Of a stretch of 64,000 nucleotides of DNA, positions 13,456-26,248 are shown piece after piece. Source of the DNA: Callorhinchus milii (lineage: Eukaryota); NCBI RefSeq assembly GCF_018977255.1, contig NW_024704743.1, forward strand, positions 9,674,001 through 9,738,000, read 5' to 3'. Every line of letters starts with the position of its first letter. Position 1 is the first letter of the stretch. The position numbers were made by a program, and so were the translations under genes. The notes beneath the pieces were generated by a model. It searched no databases. It saw only the letters and a program-made list of their open reading frames with translations, and was not told the origin of the DNA.

Positions 13456-15929
13456 GTAATCAAACTAATTGTGCCCTGTCCTACACTTAAAATACCCATA
13501 TTGAATATTGAGTGATTCAAAGTATGAGTCATTTGGCTATTAGCTTGCATCATAAAGGGGCTGCAGCTTTGAAATATTATGAATTGAAAGCATCATTAGT
13601 ACATCTAGAAATGAAAATGTCCATAAAGTCAGAGACATTTTGTTGAGACAAACAATGGAATGGATCAGAGCCACAACCTTAAATTCTATAAGTAGGATTG
13701 AATTTAAAAATTAGCGAATAGTTCCTGAAATACTACCTTCAAAAAATTATCATGGACTATTTACAAATTTTGGATTTTTCCTTGTGCTGGTTCCATAAAC
13801 ATAATTTATTTATGATTCTCTATGATCTAAAACTTGTGCTTTCTTTGCCAGTGTTCCCTGTTGAAGCAAGTGAATCTGTTGGACAGTGATGAATCTTGGT
13901 TACAGTAATCTTGTGCTGGATTTAGTGATGCTACATGTCATTTGAAAAGATTTATATTGTGACATGAACTAGCTACACAGCAGCTATTAGACTAACAATA
14001 GCTACCCATTTACTTTCCAGAGTCCAAATGTAAGGTAAATACCATTACAGGAAATACTACACATATAACATAAGCATTAAACTAAGAATGTAACAAAATC
14101 TGATGCAGGATTAATTTACTCCTTTTAACAACACCCAGTGAACATTCTGTTTTGTTCACAACAGTGTAATGGGATATTTTAATGTCTACCCAATCCACTA
14201 GAACAAGCACTTTAAGACGAGATTTAAAGTTTCATTCAAATAATGTATTACTCCACGTGCTTCTGTTCACCTAGCATAAGTAGGAACACTGGTTGTTAGT
14301 GAAATGGCGGATCACTTTCTGGGGGTAATCCCTAAAAAAAATTGTCACTCAGTCCACTCAGCGACTGTTTGTGGGGCCCTGCTGTGTGCAGTTGGCTGCT
14401 AAGTTTCATCCACAAAATACACAGTCAAACCTGTGAAGCTCTGTGAGACATAATAAAGCACTAGATCGAATGCAAGGATTATTATTATTAATAAAATAGA
14501 ATATATTTTATTAGAAGAATGCAGCTGAAGTTAACATAATAAAAAAACAAATAGGAAAAATGGCAAGATGAGAAAGCAAATGTGTAATTTTTGAAATAGT
14601 TTTCATTAATTTTATTTGAATAGTATTAAATTAGCATTATAATAGCTAGACCTGATGTTTTATGTAGTATTAACATTTTCATTGTTGGAATGGATGACTG
14701 GTCAGTTTGGGAGAACAATCATTACTCAGGCCAAGGGTTAAAAACTTGAAATAACTCAGGAAAAGTACTTGGCTATAGTTTCTGGTTCCTTTTGATAATT
14801 TTAGAAATATTTAACATATTTCTTACAATTTGTTTTAAAAAAAAAGAAACATTTTAATGTTTGTCCAGGTCTTGGTAGCACACTGTTTTGTGAATACTGT
14901 CTCACTTTCTGGTAGTTATTGATAGGATGTCAGCAACATGGTATCCAGTAATTTTAGAATTGAGGTGGCATCTACCAGAAGAGTATGATTTAATGGACAG
15001 GAACTTTCCAGCAGAGAATTTGCACTAGCTGTAGAAAAGAATATGATAGTCATAAATTGAGTTTAAATCCATTCCAGACTGTTGTCCTCATTCATTCATT
15101 TTAATGGAGAAGGCATTTTAATATTTTCTTCTGTTGTGCTTTTCCCTACCAGTGTCATGGGCACATTTGCAAGTGCTTGTGCTGTTGGAGTGGAGGTCTG
15201 CCATTGGTATATTTTTTCCATTCAAGCATACAAAACATATCAACAATGAATGAGATAGTTATTACAATAGAATACAAATACAAATTGACATTTATATAGC
15301 ACCTTTTACAAGGAGGACTTCCCACAGCAATTAACAGAACTGGCTGGGCATCTAAACTGGGGGTGGGAGCCAAGCGAGGGGAAAGAGGTACATCTCAAGA
15401 CAGACCTTGAATAACATTATTAGAAGGGAGCAAGTCAGAGGGCTCAGGATGGAGTTCTAAAGATTGGGGGCACGAAGGCTGAAAGTGTGCTTGGTGGGGT
15501 GGATAGGGTGGGAGATATGAAGCAGGATGGTGCTGAGCATAAGAAGCGGTCTGGTCAATGGGATATTGGCTATTTTCTAATTCTGATCATTTGTTTAACA
15601 GCCTTGAAGATAGTTTGCAGCCAATGATAACTTAGTATACAAAATGTTTACTTTCAGTTTGTTTATTGTGTAATAAACCAGTCTCTAATATTTGAGTAGC
15701 TTGGTTATTGTAATCTTAATGTTTGTTTCAGTGTTGGTACGCATTGAAAATCAGAGATATGGGAATCTATAGCAGTGTGCCACATTAATTCAGTACTTTC
15801 CAATAGTTTCAGTTCTCAATTGTAATTTTCAGTAAAATCTTTTTCGCATTTCAGATTCTAAAATGATTAAATGCTGTTCAATTATTTATGTAACCTGTGT
15901 TTTTAAAAAAATATTTTTTGTTGTTGCAG

Positions 15930-16076
15930 ATATCTATAGCTGGGACTACAGTTTCCTCAGGGTCTCCAGCTGTAACTGTTGTAACATTGCCTTCTGGTCA
16001 GACTGTGCAAGTCCAGGGAGTAATCCAAGCTGCACAACCCTCTGTCATTCAGTCACCACAGATACAGACTGTTCAG
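15930..16076 (+). CDS. CREM: CREM exon C, glutamine-rich Q1 domain: ISIAGTTVSSGSPAVTVVTLPSGQTVQVQGVIQAAQPSVIQSPQIQTVQ
   Basis: Acceptor ttgttgcag|, donor CAG|gttagt, 147 nt, phase 0/0. CREB/CREM Q1 motif LPSGQTVQVQGVIQ. Confidence 0.95.
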
Positions 16077-16198
16077 GTTAGTTATAGTTTTAGAATCATC
16101 TAACATTTTCACAAATTTGAATACCTGTATAAAGCCCTTCATGTCCTGCTCTCCCTACCTCAGTGATCTATTAAAATTTCACCAGCCTGTCTGCTTTT

Positions 16199-17540
16199 TG
16201 GGGAGAGAGCAGGTCAGAAAGTTAGGGAGGTGCCAAGGTATGAAGTGATTTGTAGATGAGTGAGAGGATCTTGAAAATTGATCTGTTCTATGATAGGGAG
16301 ACAGTGAAGCCTGGAGAGGACTGGTGTGATGGGGGTACAAAGTGTGTGGGTGGTTAAGATTACGAGCGGCAGAGTTCTGAATCAGTTGTAGTTTGTGGGT
16401 AATGGAGCTGGGAGGTCCAGTGAGGCGGGCTTTGGAGTAGTCGAGGTAGGAGGTAATGACGGTTTCAAGTGCGTTGGGTGTGAGGTATGCTTGGAGACAG
16501 GCAATGTGATGAAGGTGGAGGAAAGTGGTCTTGGTTAGGGACCGGATGTGGGGGAGGAAGGACAGCTGGACGTCAAACAGCTGACACCCAGGTTATGTAC
16601 AGGTTCATTAAGTCTTAGGGAAAGGCCGGAGAGGCTCAGGAGATCAGAGCCGCAGGAGAGAAGACATAATGGGAGCCAAGGAGTATGGCTTCCGTCTTGT
16701 CAACGTTCAGCTGCAGGAAGTTTGCGCTATCCAGGCCTTGATGTCTGACAGACATCAGCTTACAGCACATCAGCGGATCTGGAGTCTCAGCTGGATGAGA
16801 AGTAGATTTGGGTGCCATCCGCATATATGTGGAGGTTTACTCCATGGTTGACGTCACTGAGAAGGAGCATATCAATAAGGAAAAGGAGGGGGCCAAGGAT
16901 GGAACTTTGGAGTACATCGCAGGTGACTGTGTGGGGGAGGAAGGAATGTTTTTTTCTGGAGACAAATTCATAGAATCATAGAGGTATACGGCACAGAAGG
17001 AGGCCATTTGGCCCATTGTGTTTGTGACGTCTCTTTGAAAAGAGGTATCCAATTCAATCCCACTGCCCCGCTCTTTCCCCATAGCCCTGCAAACTTGTCC
17101 TCCCCAATTGATGGTTAAGTAGGACTTGAACCAGGCAAGTGTGGTCCAACTGAGGTGGTAGAGAAGAGGCTGTGGAGAAGGATAGCGTGATCAACTGTGT
17201 TGAATGCAGCGGAGAGGCCTAGAAGGACATGGAGGCAGAGGCAGCCCTGGTCATAGAGAGAGAGGTCCTTATTAGTGACTTTGTCGAGCGCTTTCTCTTT
17301 GGCTGTAGGCAGGGCAGAACTCAGACTGGAGGGGCTCTAGAAGGGAGTGGAGGGAGAGGTGTGAGCTAAGTTAATTTGCAACAACGCCTTCTAGAACTTT
17401 AGCAAGGAAAAGCAAGTAGGAAATGGGCTGGTAGATGGCAAAATTCGAGGGATCAAAGGTGGGTATTTTAGGAGAAGAGGGAATAGCAACAGTTTTGAGG
17501 GGGGGAGTAGGACAGAGCCTGGGGAGAGGAACTGTTTAAT
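16199..17540 (-). mobile_element. Older L2 LINE RT fragment containing a nested CR1 3' end
   Basis: Minus-strand NFLQLNVDKTEAILLGS and YAD-type RT motifs; interrupted at 16969-17105. Confidence 0.85.
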
Positions 17541-18665
17541 TGCCCGAAAAGGTATCACTCACTTATTAACTCTGTCTACCTGTCCTTTTATCTAACTGTA
17601 TACTCTTATCACCTTGCCTCCTCCTTCCCCATCTTTAGACCGCATCTGTAAACATTCCTCTTTGACTCTGCCTATGCTCCCCTCTCTTTCCAGTTCAGCA
17701 TCAAGCTCCACCACTGTTAAGCGCTCCAAGATGTTCCTGTGTGAAGCATGCTATATAATCGCAAGTTGTTGTTGTTGTACAACAAGCAGCTGTAGTTGTA
17801 GAGACTAGTTAACTCAGCACATACCAGGATTTGAATGTTCACTGTTCTTGTCAGTTGGCCTGTACTGCACCGGGCAGTTCCTTTTCCCACTAGAGTATTG
17901 AGAAGCTATTTCACCAAATGTTTACACGGAGGTGAGTTGTGGAGAGATGGTAATGAGATTCCTGGAATGATTATTAATTTTCTGAGAGATTTATGAGCGA
18001 ACACAAATTTGCATAAGTATGAAAGAAAAAAAAATGCAAGAATAGTTCAAGTAGAGATTAGTTCTTCTAGCTTGGATCTCTTCAAAGCCTTGCTCCACCC
18101 TACCTCTACAACCCTACTATCCCAGACATTCCTTCTGCTCAGCAACACCGAACTGCTTTATGTACCATTGGTGGGTGAACTTTCAGTTATTCTGTCCCTG
18201 TTCTCTGGAACTCCCATCACAGAATACTGGCACCTTGTCCCCCTACCTGTCTGCCTTCAAAATCCACCTTAATGACCACTTTGCCCCTGCATCTTTCTCC
18301 CCTTTTCTTTCCCAGCCCCTCCACTTTTTCAAAAAAATTAGTAGCTAATGATGCCACTGTCGTTATTTCCTGAATCGTTACCATAAGATGCTTGGAATAG
18401 CTGAGGGGAAAGTTGAAAAAAATGAAAAGTTTCATGAGAAACACAAAAACAAATTCAGTGCAGAAGAGGCCAATCAGTTCATTTCGTCTGTGCTGCTGTA
18501 TGACATGATTTAATTTAAACTGTTTTCCAGCTCTGTCATATTATAATTTAAATTTAATCCACAACATTAAATTCTCCAATAAGCATAGTTTAATTTAAAA
18601 TATTTGTTATCTTTAATGAGCTCACAGAACATAGATATCACATCTGAAAGTGATTTGAACTCACA

Positions 18666-21146
18666 GTCACGGCCACCCACTCGATTTGGTGATCACCCGG
18701 GGCCTCAGTGTCTCGGATGTCACTATCACCGACAAGGCCGTCTCCGACCACCACTTCATCTCCTTCACCACCTCCACCCCACTCCCCACCTCCACCAGAC
18801 CCACCACCATCTTCTACTGCCCCTGGAAGAAGTTACCCCCTCAATCCGTAACCGCTGCCTTGGAGTCCTCTGAACTCCTCTCGCTCTGGCCTTCAACCCT
18901 CACCGACCCCTCTTCTGCTCTCACCCTCCTCCACAACACCCTCTCCTCCACACTTGACACTCTTGCCCCTATCACCTCCCGTACTGTCTCCTACTCTCGC
19001 TCCTCCCCCTGGTTCACCACCCACCTCCGCTCACTGAAGAGCCAGATGCGGGCCGCTGAACGCACCTGGGTCAAATCTGGCCTAACGGTTCACCGACAAA
19101 TCTGGCTGGACCTCCTCAAAATCTACCGCTCCACTCTAGCCTCGGCCAAATTGTCCTTCTACTCCAGGATAATCCTGGAGGCGAAGGACAACCCCAGGCT
19201 ACTGTTCTCTACCACATCCCAACTCCTCCGTCCCCCCCGCCACCCCGCGCAGGTCATCTCCTCCAACCTTCACTGCGAGGAGATGCTGGATTTCCTTGAA
19301 TCCAAAATCAAGGGAATTCGCTCCGCGGTCACTTCCCCTCCAACATCCACCCACCCCTTCCCTCCCACACTCCGACTCCTACCCATCCTCCCCTACACAC
19401 TTTCGTACCCGTTTCCCCACCCTCTGTCACCAAACTCATCCTATCCCTGAAACCCACCACCTGCTCCCTTGACCCCATCCCCACTCCACTCCTTATCTCC
19501 CAGCTCCACCTCCTTGCCCCACATATCACAGACATCGTCAACCTGTCCCTCTCCTCTGGCTCTATTCCCATTCCCTTAAAAACTGCCACCATCACTCCCA
19601 CCTTAAAAAAACCCTCCCTTGATGCGTCGCAGCTATCAAGCTACCGGCCCATCTCCAACCTCCCCTTCCTGTCCAAGGTCCTGGAACGAGTTGTCGCCTC
19701 CCAGCTGCGCTCTTTCCTCTCCACCCATTCATTATTCGAACCCCTTCAGTCGGGTTTCCGTGCTGCCCATAGCACAGAAACTGCCCTGGTCAAGGTCACC
19801 AATGACATCCTGACCATCTGTGACCAGGGCTCCCTCTGCCTCCTCGTCCTCCTCGACCTATCGGCAGCATTCGATACGGTCGACCATGCTATCCTCCTCC
19901 ACCGCTTGTCCTCCCACCTAAACCTTCAAGGCCCTGTCCTTGAGTGGTTTAGGTCGTACCTCTCCCACCGTCTTCACTTTGTCTCCACAAATGGTTTTCC
20001 TCCGGCCCCCGCACTGTCTCGTGCGGTGTCCCTCAAGGCTCTGTCCTCGGTCCCCTCCTCTTCACCCTCTATATGCTCCCCCTCGGTGACATCATCCGCA
20101 GACATGGGGTTAACTTCCACATGTATGCGGATGACACCCAACTCTACCTTTCCTCCTCTACCCTCAACTCCACGACCACCGATGTCCTGACAGCTGCCTG
20201 TCCGACATCGAGTCCTGGACGAGAGATAACTTTCTCCAGCTCAACGTGCGCAAAACTGAGGCCCTCCTGATTGGCTCACGTCAGCGCCTCCGCACCTCAG
20301 GCGCTGACAGCATCAGCATCCAAGGCTGCACTCTCCACCTCTCAAAGCCGGTCAGGAACCTCGGGGTTCTGTTCGACCCTGAGCTGTCCTTTCTCCCTCA
20401 TATCCGCGCCACAACTGGCACCGGAATATCGCCAGACTACGGCACTACCTCACCCCTCACGCTGCTGAAACTCTGGTCCACGCCTTTATCACCTCAAGGC
20501 TGGACTATGGGAACTCTTTCCTCGTCGGCCTTCCCAGCACCTCCCTCCACAAGCTGCAGGTCATTCAGAACTCTGCAGCTCGTGTACTGTCCCGCACCAG
20601 TCTTCGCGACCACATCACTCCCACCCTCGCTCGCCTCCACTGGCTCCCCATCCCCCAGAGGATCGAATTCAAGATCCTCATCCTCACCTACAAGGCCATT
20701 CACGGCCTTGCTCCCTCCTACCTCTCCGACCTACTATCCCCCTACCTACCTGCCCGTACCCTCCGTTCCTCTGGCTCCGGTCTGCTCCACATCCCCCGCC
20801 CCAACCGCCCTACCATCGGTGGCCGGGCCTTCAGCCGCTCAGCCCCTAGGCTCTGGAACTCCATCCCCCAGTGCCTTCGCCGCCTCCTCCCTTTCCTCCT
20901 TCAAGGCCGGTCTCAAGACCTTTCTCTTTGACCGTGCCTTCAGCTCCCCTCTCGACTCTCTATCCCCTCCTCACTCCCTCCCTTCCCTCCCCTCACCCTG
21001 ACCATTTCCCCCCTCCTCGCTCCCTCCCTTCCCTCCCCTCACCCTGACCATTTCCCCCTGCTCGGGTCCTGACCCAACTGTACAGCGCCTTGGGACGTCC
21101 TCCCGACGTGAAAGGCGCTCAATAAATGGAATCTTGTTGTTGTTGT
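18666..21146 (+). mobile_element. L2-clade LINE, 5'-truncated, ~2.5 kb, frameshifted ORF2 (end of APE endonuclease plus RT)
   Basis: HPLDLVITRG...SDHHFISF (APE C-terminus), [11 protein letters not shown] (RT), VRNLGVLFD, and L2 tail GGGACGTCCTCCCGACGTGAAAGGCGCTCAATAAATGGAATC(TTG)n. Several frameshifts and deletions. Confidence 0.93.
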
Positions 21147-21592
21147 TTTTGAATAAATTTAGCCTGCACACAGTTTAATTGAATGAACCCGAATTTGTCT
21201 CTACCTCAGGCAACTGCTAATAAAAATAAATAGAAATCAGTTTCTCTCCCATGATCTATGTTCCTGTTTTCTTGCATGCAGCAATATAAGGGGCTAGCTC
21301 ATATAGAAAAAAAAAAGTTTGGGGTAATACAGTATTGATTAGCTAATTGGCTGAATTATTATCACAATTGTGGAAATGGTAAGATAAGAAGGACAGACAG
21401 CTGTTTAAAAGTTAGGCTATTGAGTTTCAGGTTTTCTACTCACTATATGGAGTTTCTACTGGGAGGTGGGGAAAGAGTTGTAAAGGGTGTGTTTTCTAAA
21501 TAAATGATTAAAATGGCACTGTGCTTTTTGTTTTTATTAACTATCCAAACATTTATTTTGCCAATAGCTTTCGTTACTTTGTGTATTTATAG

Positions 21593-21693
21593 GTAGCAAC
21601 CATAGCGGAAACAGACGAGTCTGGAGATTCGGTTGAGGTTGTGACTGACTCACAAAAGCGGAGGGAGATACTGTCGAGGCGACCTTCCTACAG
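21593..21693 (+). CDS. CREM: CREM exon E, first half of the kinase-inducible domain (KID/P-box): VATIAETDESGDSVEVVTDSQKRREILSRRPSY(R)
   Basis: Acceptor tttatag|, donor AG|gtacag, 101 nt, phase 0/2. PKA site RRPSY; the Ser codon TCC is at 21686-21688 (Ser119 of the spliced product). Missed by the ORF track. Confidence 0.96.
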
Positions 21694-23164
21694 GTACAGA
21701 TTAAAAATCTAAATTTGTCGATTCAAATGACATATTTGGCATCTTGTTGCTTTTATAGCATACTTGCACATTTCAGTACTTCATATGATGTGTGCTGACC
21801 TCCTGGTCTTTAAATTTTCATATTTGGCATGGAATCCCAAGCTTTATTGCATAAAGTTCAGTCATGTGTTTAATCAAAGTCCTTTTTTTGTTTCTTCTGT
21901 AGCTAATGAATACATTCCTCCATGTTTTGATAAAAGTTTCTTCTTGGTGAAGATGTTTATACTCTGAAGCAAAACGTTATGTTTTGAGGCAATTAACTTT
22001 TTGGGACATAGTCTAGGCTCCATTGCAATAGTATGTGCGGACGGAGTTGCATCCCTTAATTGAGATGTTCAAACTGAAGTCATGTGCTTGTTCAGGTGGA
22101 CCTAAAAGATCTTGTAACACTATTTGGAAAAAAAAGGGAATTTCTCTGTGTGCACTGGCCACCGATTCCCCACATAAATTGAGCATTCATGGCATGCTTT
22201 AACCAAATTGCTGTGCACAATTGGCTGCTGGGTTTTGCCCACAAATATACAGTCAATTCACTTTACAGTATACTCTCTGAAGTGCTTTGAGATGTCTAGA
22301 AGACATGAAAAGTGCTGTATCAAATGCTTACTTGAGATAAATAAATAAATCAAATAATTACTTGAGATTTTTCAACATCATAGGCCTGATATCAAATGCA
22401 AAGATTAGTCATGTTGTTATTAAAAATTCCAGAAACCAATCATTGTGCAGAGTCATTGATATTTCCTTGGTCAGTTTCCAGAAGATGGGTGATCATGAAT
22501 AAAAAAAAATCTGAAAAGTCTTAAATTTTTCTCCAGTTTCTCTTCCCTCTTCAGAATATGTCCCTGATGGCTTTTTTCCTTTTAGTGAAGGACAGTTGTT
22601 GGGAAGATGGTTAACCTCTCATACCTCACCTAGTAGTTGTTATTTATGTGTGAATCTTGATGATTGCTGGCAGGATATTCAACTATCACAGCCAAACTCA
22701 ATCCTACCTTCACTTGAGGGTCCCAAATGCCTTAGCATGTAAGGCAATTTTGTCTTAAAATTTAATTCATCCCAAATTGTGGAAAATTCTTAAATTAAGC
22801 CTTAATTTGGAATCTAATTCTCTGTAGCTCTTAAAGGAAACCCATTTAGGACTAAATGTAAGAATTTTTCCACAATTGTGCACAGTGTCGCATTTACATA
22901 TGTCACAATGAATATTCTGTGTTTTGTACAAAGGAATTAGAGTAGAGTTTAGTTTTGATGCTCTTTTAGTCAAAGTTGAAGGGAGACGATGGGCCCGCGC
23001 TGATGCTGGTTTGCATTTAGAATGTTTTGGGTGAAATCACAATGACCTGCAGTGATGATGCTGTTGGAACAATTGATTATTTGAACTGCATCAGATATTC
23101 TCAACAGTCGCAATCTGTAGTGGCTCAGGACCAGACCTGGAGGAGAAGGACATTTATCAGCATT

Positions 23165-23236
23165 ACATGAGGTGTGGAAGTAAAGGTGACATGAGGTGTG
23201 GAAGTAAAGGTGACATGAGGTTTGAAGTGTAGGTGA
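23165..23236. repeat. 24-bp tandem repeat, about 3 copies (ACATGAGGTGTGGAAGTAAAGGTG)
   Basis: Two exact units and one degenerate unit. Confidence 0.9.
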
Positions 23237-23611
23237 CTAGATGATATCTCCAGAATGAGACTTGGAAGGGAAGAGAAATCTTCAGGATTTTCTGAGAATG
23301 TGGAAATGATGGTGGTCTCTGTAGAATAAAGGTTAAGTTGAACTTCATCTCAATTTTAAATACTGTATGATTCCTTACTACTTGCATATAATTCATATGT
23401 ATTCCTGATGCTGGGTGAGGTCGTGTCACTGCAGTTTGGCTTCTGAGCTGGTACAAAATGCCTTTACAGGTTGAAATAAATTGAGCCGCTCTGGCTCGAT
23501 TGACTCTTCTCGAATTACAATGGTGTGGCCAAACTGAGAAGCAGGTGGGGTTTGGCAATTTTTCAAACTTAAGGTTATTTCATGTAATAATAATCCTTGC
23601 ATTTGCTTCGA

Positions 23612-24950
23612 TACAATACAAAATTACATTTGTGAAGTGCCTTTCACGTCGGGAAACAGTCAGGGATTAGGATCTGAGTGGGGAGGGTGGTGGGTGGGAG
23701 GGGGTTGGGATCAGGGAGGATGGAGGGCGGGGAGGGTGGTGGTAGGAAGGTGGCTGAAGGCATGTTCAAAGAGGAGGGTCTTGAGGCGTGCCTTGAAGAA
23801 GCAAGGGAGGGAGCGAGGCGAAGGGAATGTGGGATGGAGTTTCACAGAGAAGAGGCAGTGAGGCTGAAGGCCCGACACCGATGGTGGGGCGGGCCGGGCA
23901 GGGGACATGAAGTAGACTGAAGGTTGCTGAGCGGAGGAAGCGGACAGGTTGATAAGGGGTTAGCAGGTCGGAGAGGTAAGAGGGTTGACAAGTCCATGGA
24001 GGGCCTTGAAGGTGAGGACGAGAATTTTGAATGATCCTGAGGGAAGGGGAGCCAGTGGAGCTGGGCAAGGATGGGTGTGATAGGGTCACAGAGCCTGGTG
24101 TGGGAGAGGATACAAGCTGCAGAGTTCTGGATGATCTGCAGCTTGTGGAGGGAAGAGTTGGAAGGCCGACAAGCAGGACGTTAGCATACTTGAGCCTGGT
24201 TGTAATGAAGGCATGTATGAGGGTTTTGGCGGGGTGAGGCTATGGTGGAGTTGGCAATGTTATGGAGGTGGGGAGGTGGCACAGATGTGGGGGAGAAAGG
24301 ATAGTTGAGGGTCGAACAAGATGCCTAGGTTCCTGACTGGTTTAGTGAGGTGGAGTTTGCATTCATTGATGCTGACACTGCCAGTGCCTGAGGCACGGAG
24401 GCGCAGGCGCGAGCCAATCAGGCGAGCCTCAGTCTTGCTGACGTTCAACTGTAGAAAATTGGCTCTCATCCAGGACTTGATGTCTGACAGGCAGTCTGAC
24501 GGGACATCAGTGGTCCTGGGGTCGAGGGTGGAGGCAGAGAGATAGAGTTGGGCGTCATACATGTGGAAGTTGACCCCATGTCTGCGGATGATGTCACCAA
24601 GAGGGAGCATGTACTGGTTGAAGAGAAGAGGACCAAGGACAAAGCCCTGAGGAACACTGCACAAGATGGTACGGAGCTGGAGGAGACAAAGTGGAGCCGG
24701 TGTGAGAAATAGGATCTGAACCATTCAGGGACAGAACCTTGAAGGTTAAGGTGAGAGAGGCTGTGGAGGAGAATAGAGTGGTCCACAGTGTCAAAGGTAG
24801 CAGAGATATCAATGAGGACGAGGAGACAAAGGGAGCCCTGGTCACAGATGGACAGAATGTCATTTGTCACTTTGACCAGAGCTGTTTCCACGCTGTGGGC
24901 AGCATGGAAACCCTATTAGAGAGGTTTGTAAAGGGAGTGGCAGGAGAGGA
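23612..24950 (-). mobile_element. L2 LINE RT plus 3' end, inserted into a SINE
   Basis: [41 protein letters not shown] tail at 23586-23610 and SINE body resuming at 24951-25075. Confidence 0.9.
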
Positions 24951-25892
24951 ACGCTTCACAGAATACACTGTAAAATATATTATTTAGACTATAATTTTGG
25001 GGCAAAATATGGCAGCCAATTGCGCACAGCAGTGCCCCACAAACAGTCATGGATTGAGTGACCAATTTATTATTATGTAAACAGTTTTCTTATGTTACTT
25101 TCCATTTGGCTTAAGGATGGTACTTTGAATAGCAAGTACTAGAGCTTCCTTCCCCTTTAAATAATAACCCTTCATGAGTTTAACATGTACATGAAGGGTA
25201 TTGTGCAGCTGCTATGAACACCACAATTTGTGAGTTGTCTCAGATACTCTGTTCTGATAGGAATCTGTTCAAATGGCTCTCCTATTAGTGCAAAATTGTT
25301 TTCCTAAAAATGTTTTGAAAATAACTTGTGAATGTGTCCACATGTCACTGGAGTAATGCAGGTCTGGCAGTGATTTTTGGCTGCCTTGTATCTTATTTTG
25401 GAGTGGTGGGAGAAAAAGCCATTGTCACAATTTCTCCTAATGACATTTTGAAATTCACCAAAAAANTCCTTTTATTTATATTGATTTGTTGATTAGTGTT
25501 GTTCAGAGCTAAATATATTTATAGGTAATTTTGCTGCTGTGAGTAAGGATTCAGAGAGACTATCAGTTTCTTGCATTCTTGAACAGGATACAAAGAAAGG
25601 TTTACTCTTAACATTTCATCTCTTGTTCATCCTAAAATCCCCCAAATGTGCAGATGGTCATTTTGTTATGTTTTTGCAGGCTGTCAATTATACTTTGAGA
25701 AAAATATGTAAATGCGCTTGTTTAAATGTTCACAAAAAGATTCCTGGGTACAATGTTCACAGGGTGTCCTGGGGCATAGAACTGAGCATGTGACTAACAG
25801 GAATGAGATCAGCGCTCCCTGTCCAACCAGTTCTGAGCATAACTGAGTACATTGATGAAAGGCTAGAGTACTTGTAATGCGTAAAATTTCGC

Positions 25893-26101
25893 ATTCCTCC
25901 TTCAAGGCCGGTCTCAAGACCTTTCTCTTTGACCGTGCCTTCAGCTCCCCTCTCGACTCTCTACCCCCTCCTCCCTCCCTCCCTTCTCTCCCCTCCCCTG
26001 ACCACTTCCCTCCTGCTCGGGTCCTGACCCAACTGTACAGCGCCTTGGGACGTCCTCCTGACGTGAAAGGCGCTCTATAAATGGAATCTTGTTGTTGTTG
26101 T
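25893..26101 (+). mobile_element. Short L2 3' end
   Basis: Same 3' UTR and (TTG)n tail as the 18.7-21.1 kb element. Confidence 0.9.
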
Positions 26102-26248
26102 ATTTTGTATCTCATTTACTCATGTGAAAAATTATGGAGGTGATTTTTTCCAACAATGGCATATTTAGTAACTAGGAAAATAAATAATCCTTGCATTTGG
26201 GAGAGCACCTTGCACACCAAGTGGATATTTTATGGCGCTTCATAGGAT

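Noticed and set aside
18686..21001. Long ORFs (254 aa, 251 aa) as host genes or an active LINE
   Set aside because: Pieces of one 5'-truncated L2 ORF2 with frameshifts and deletions. The Pro/Ser-rich translations are off-frame.
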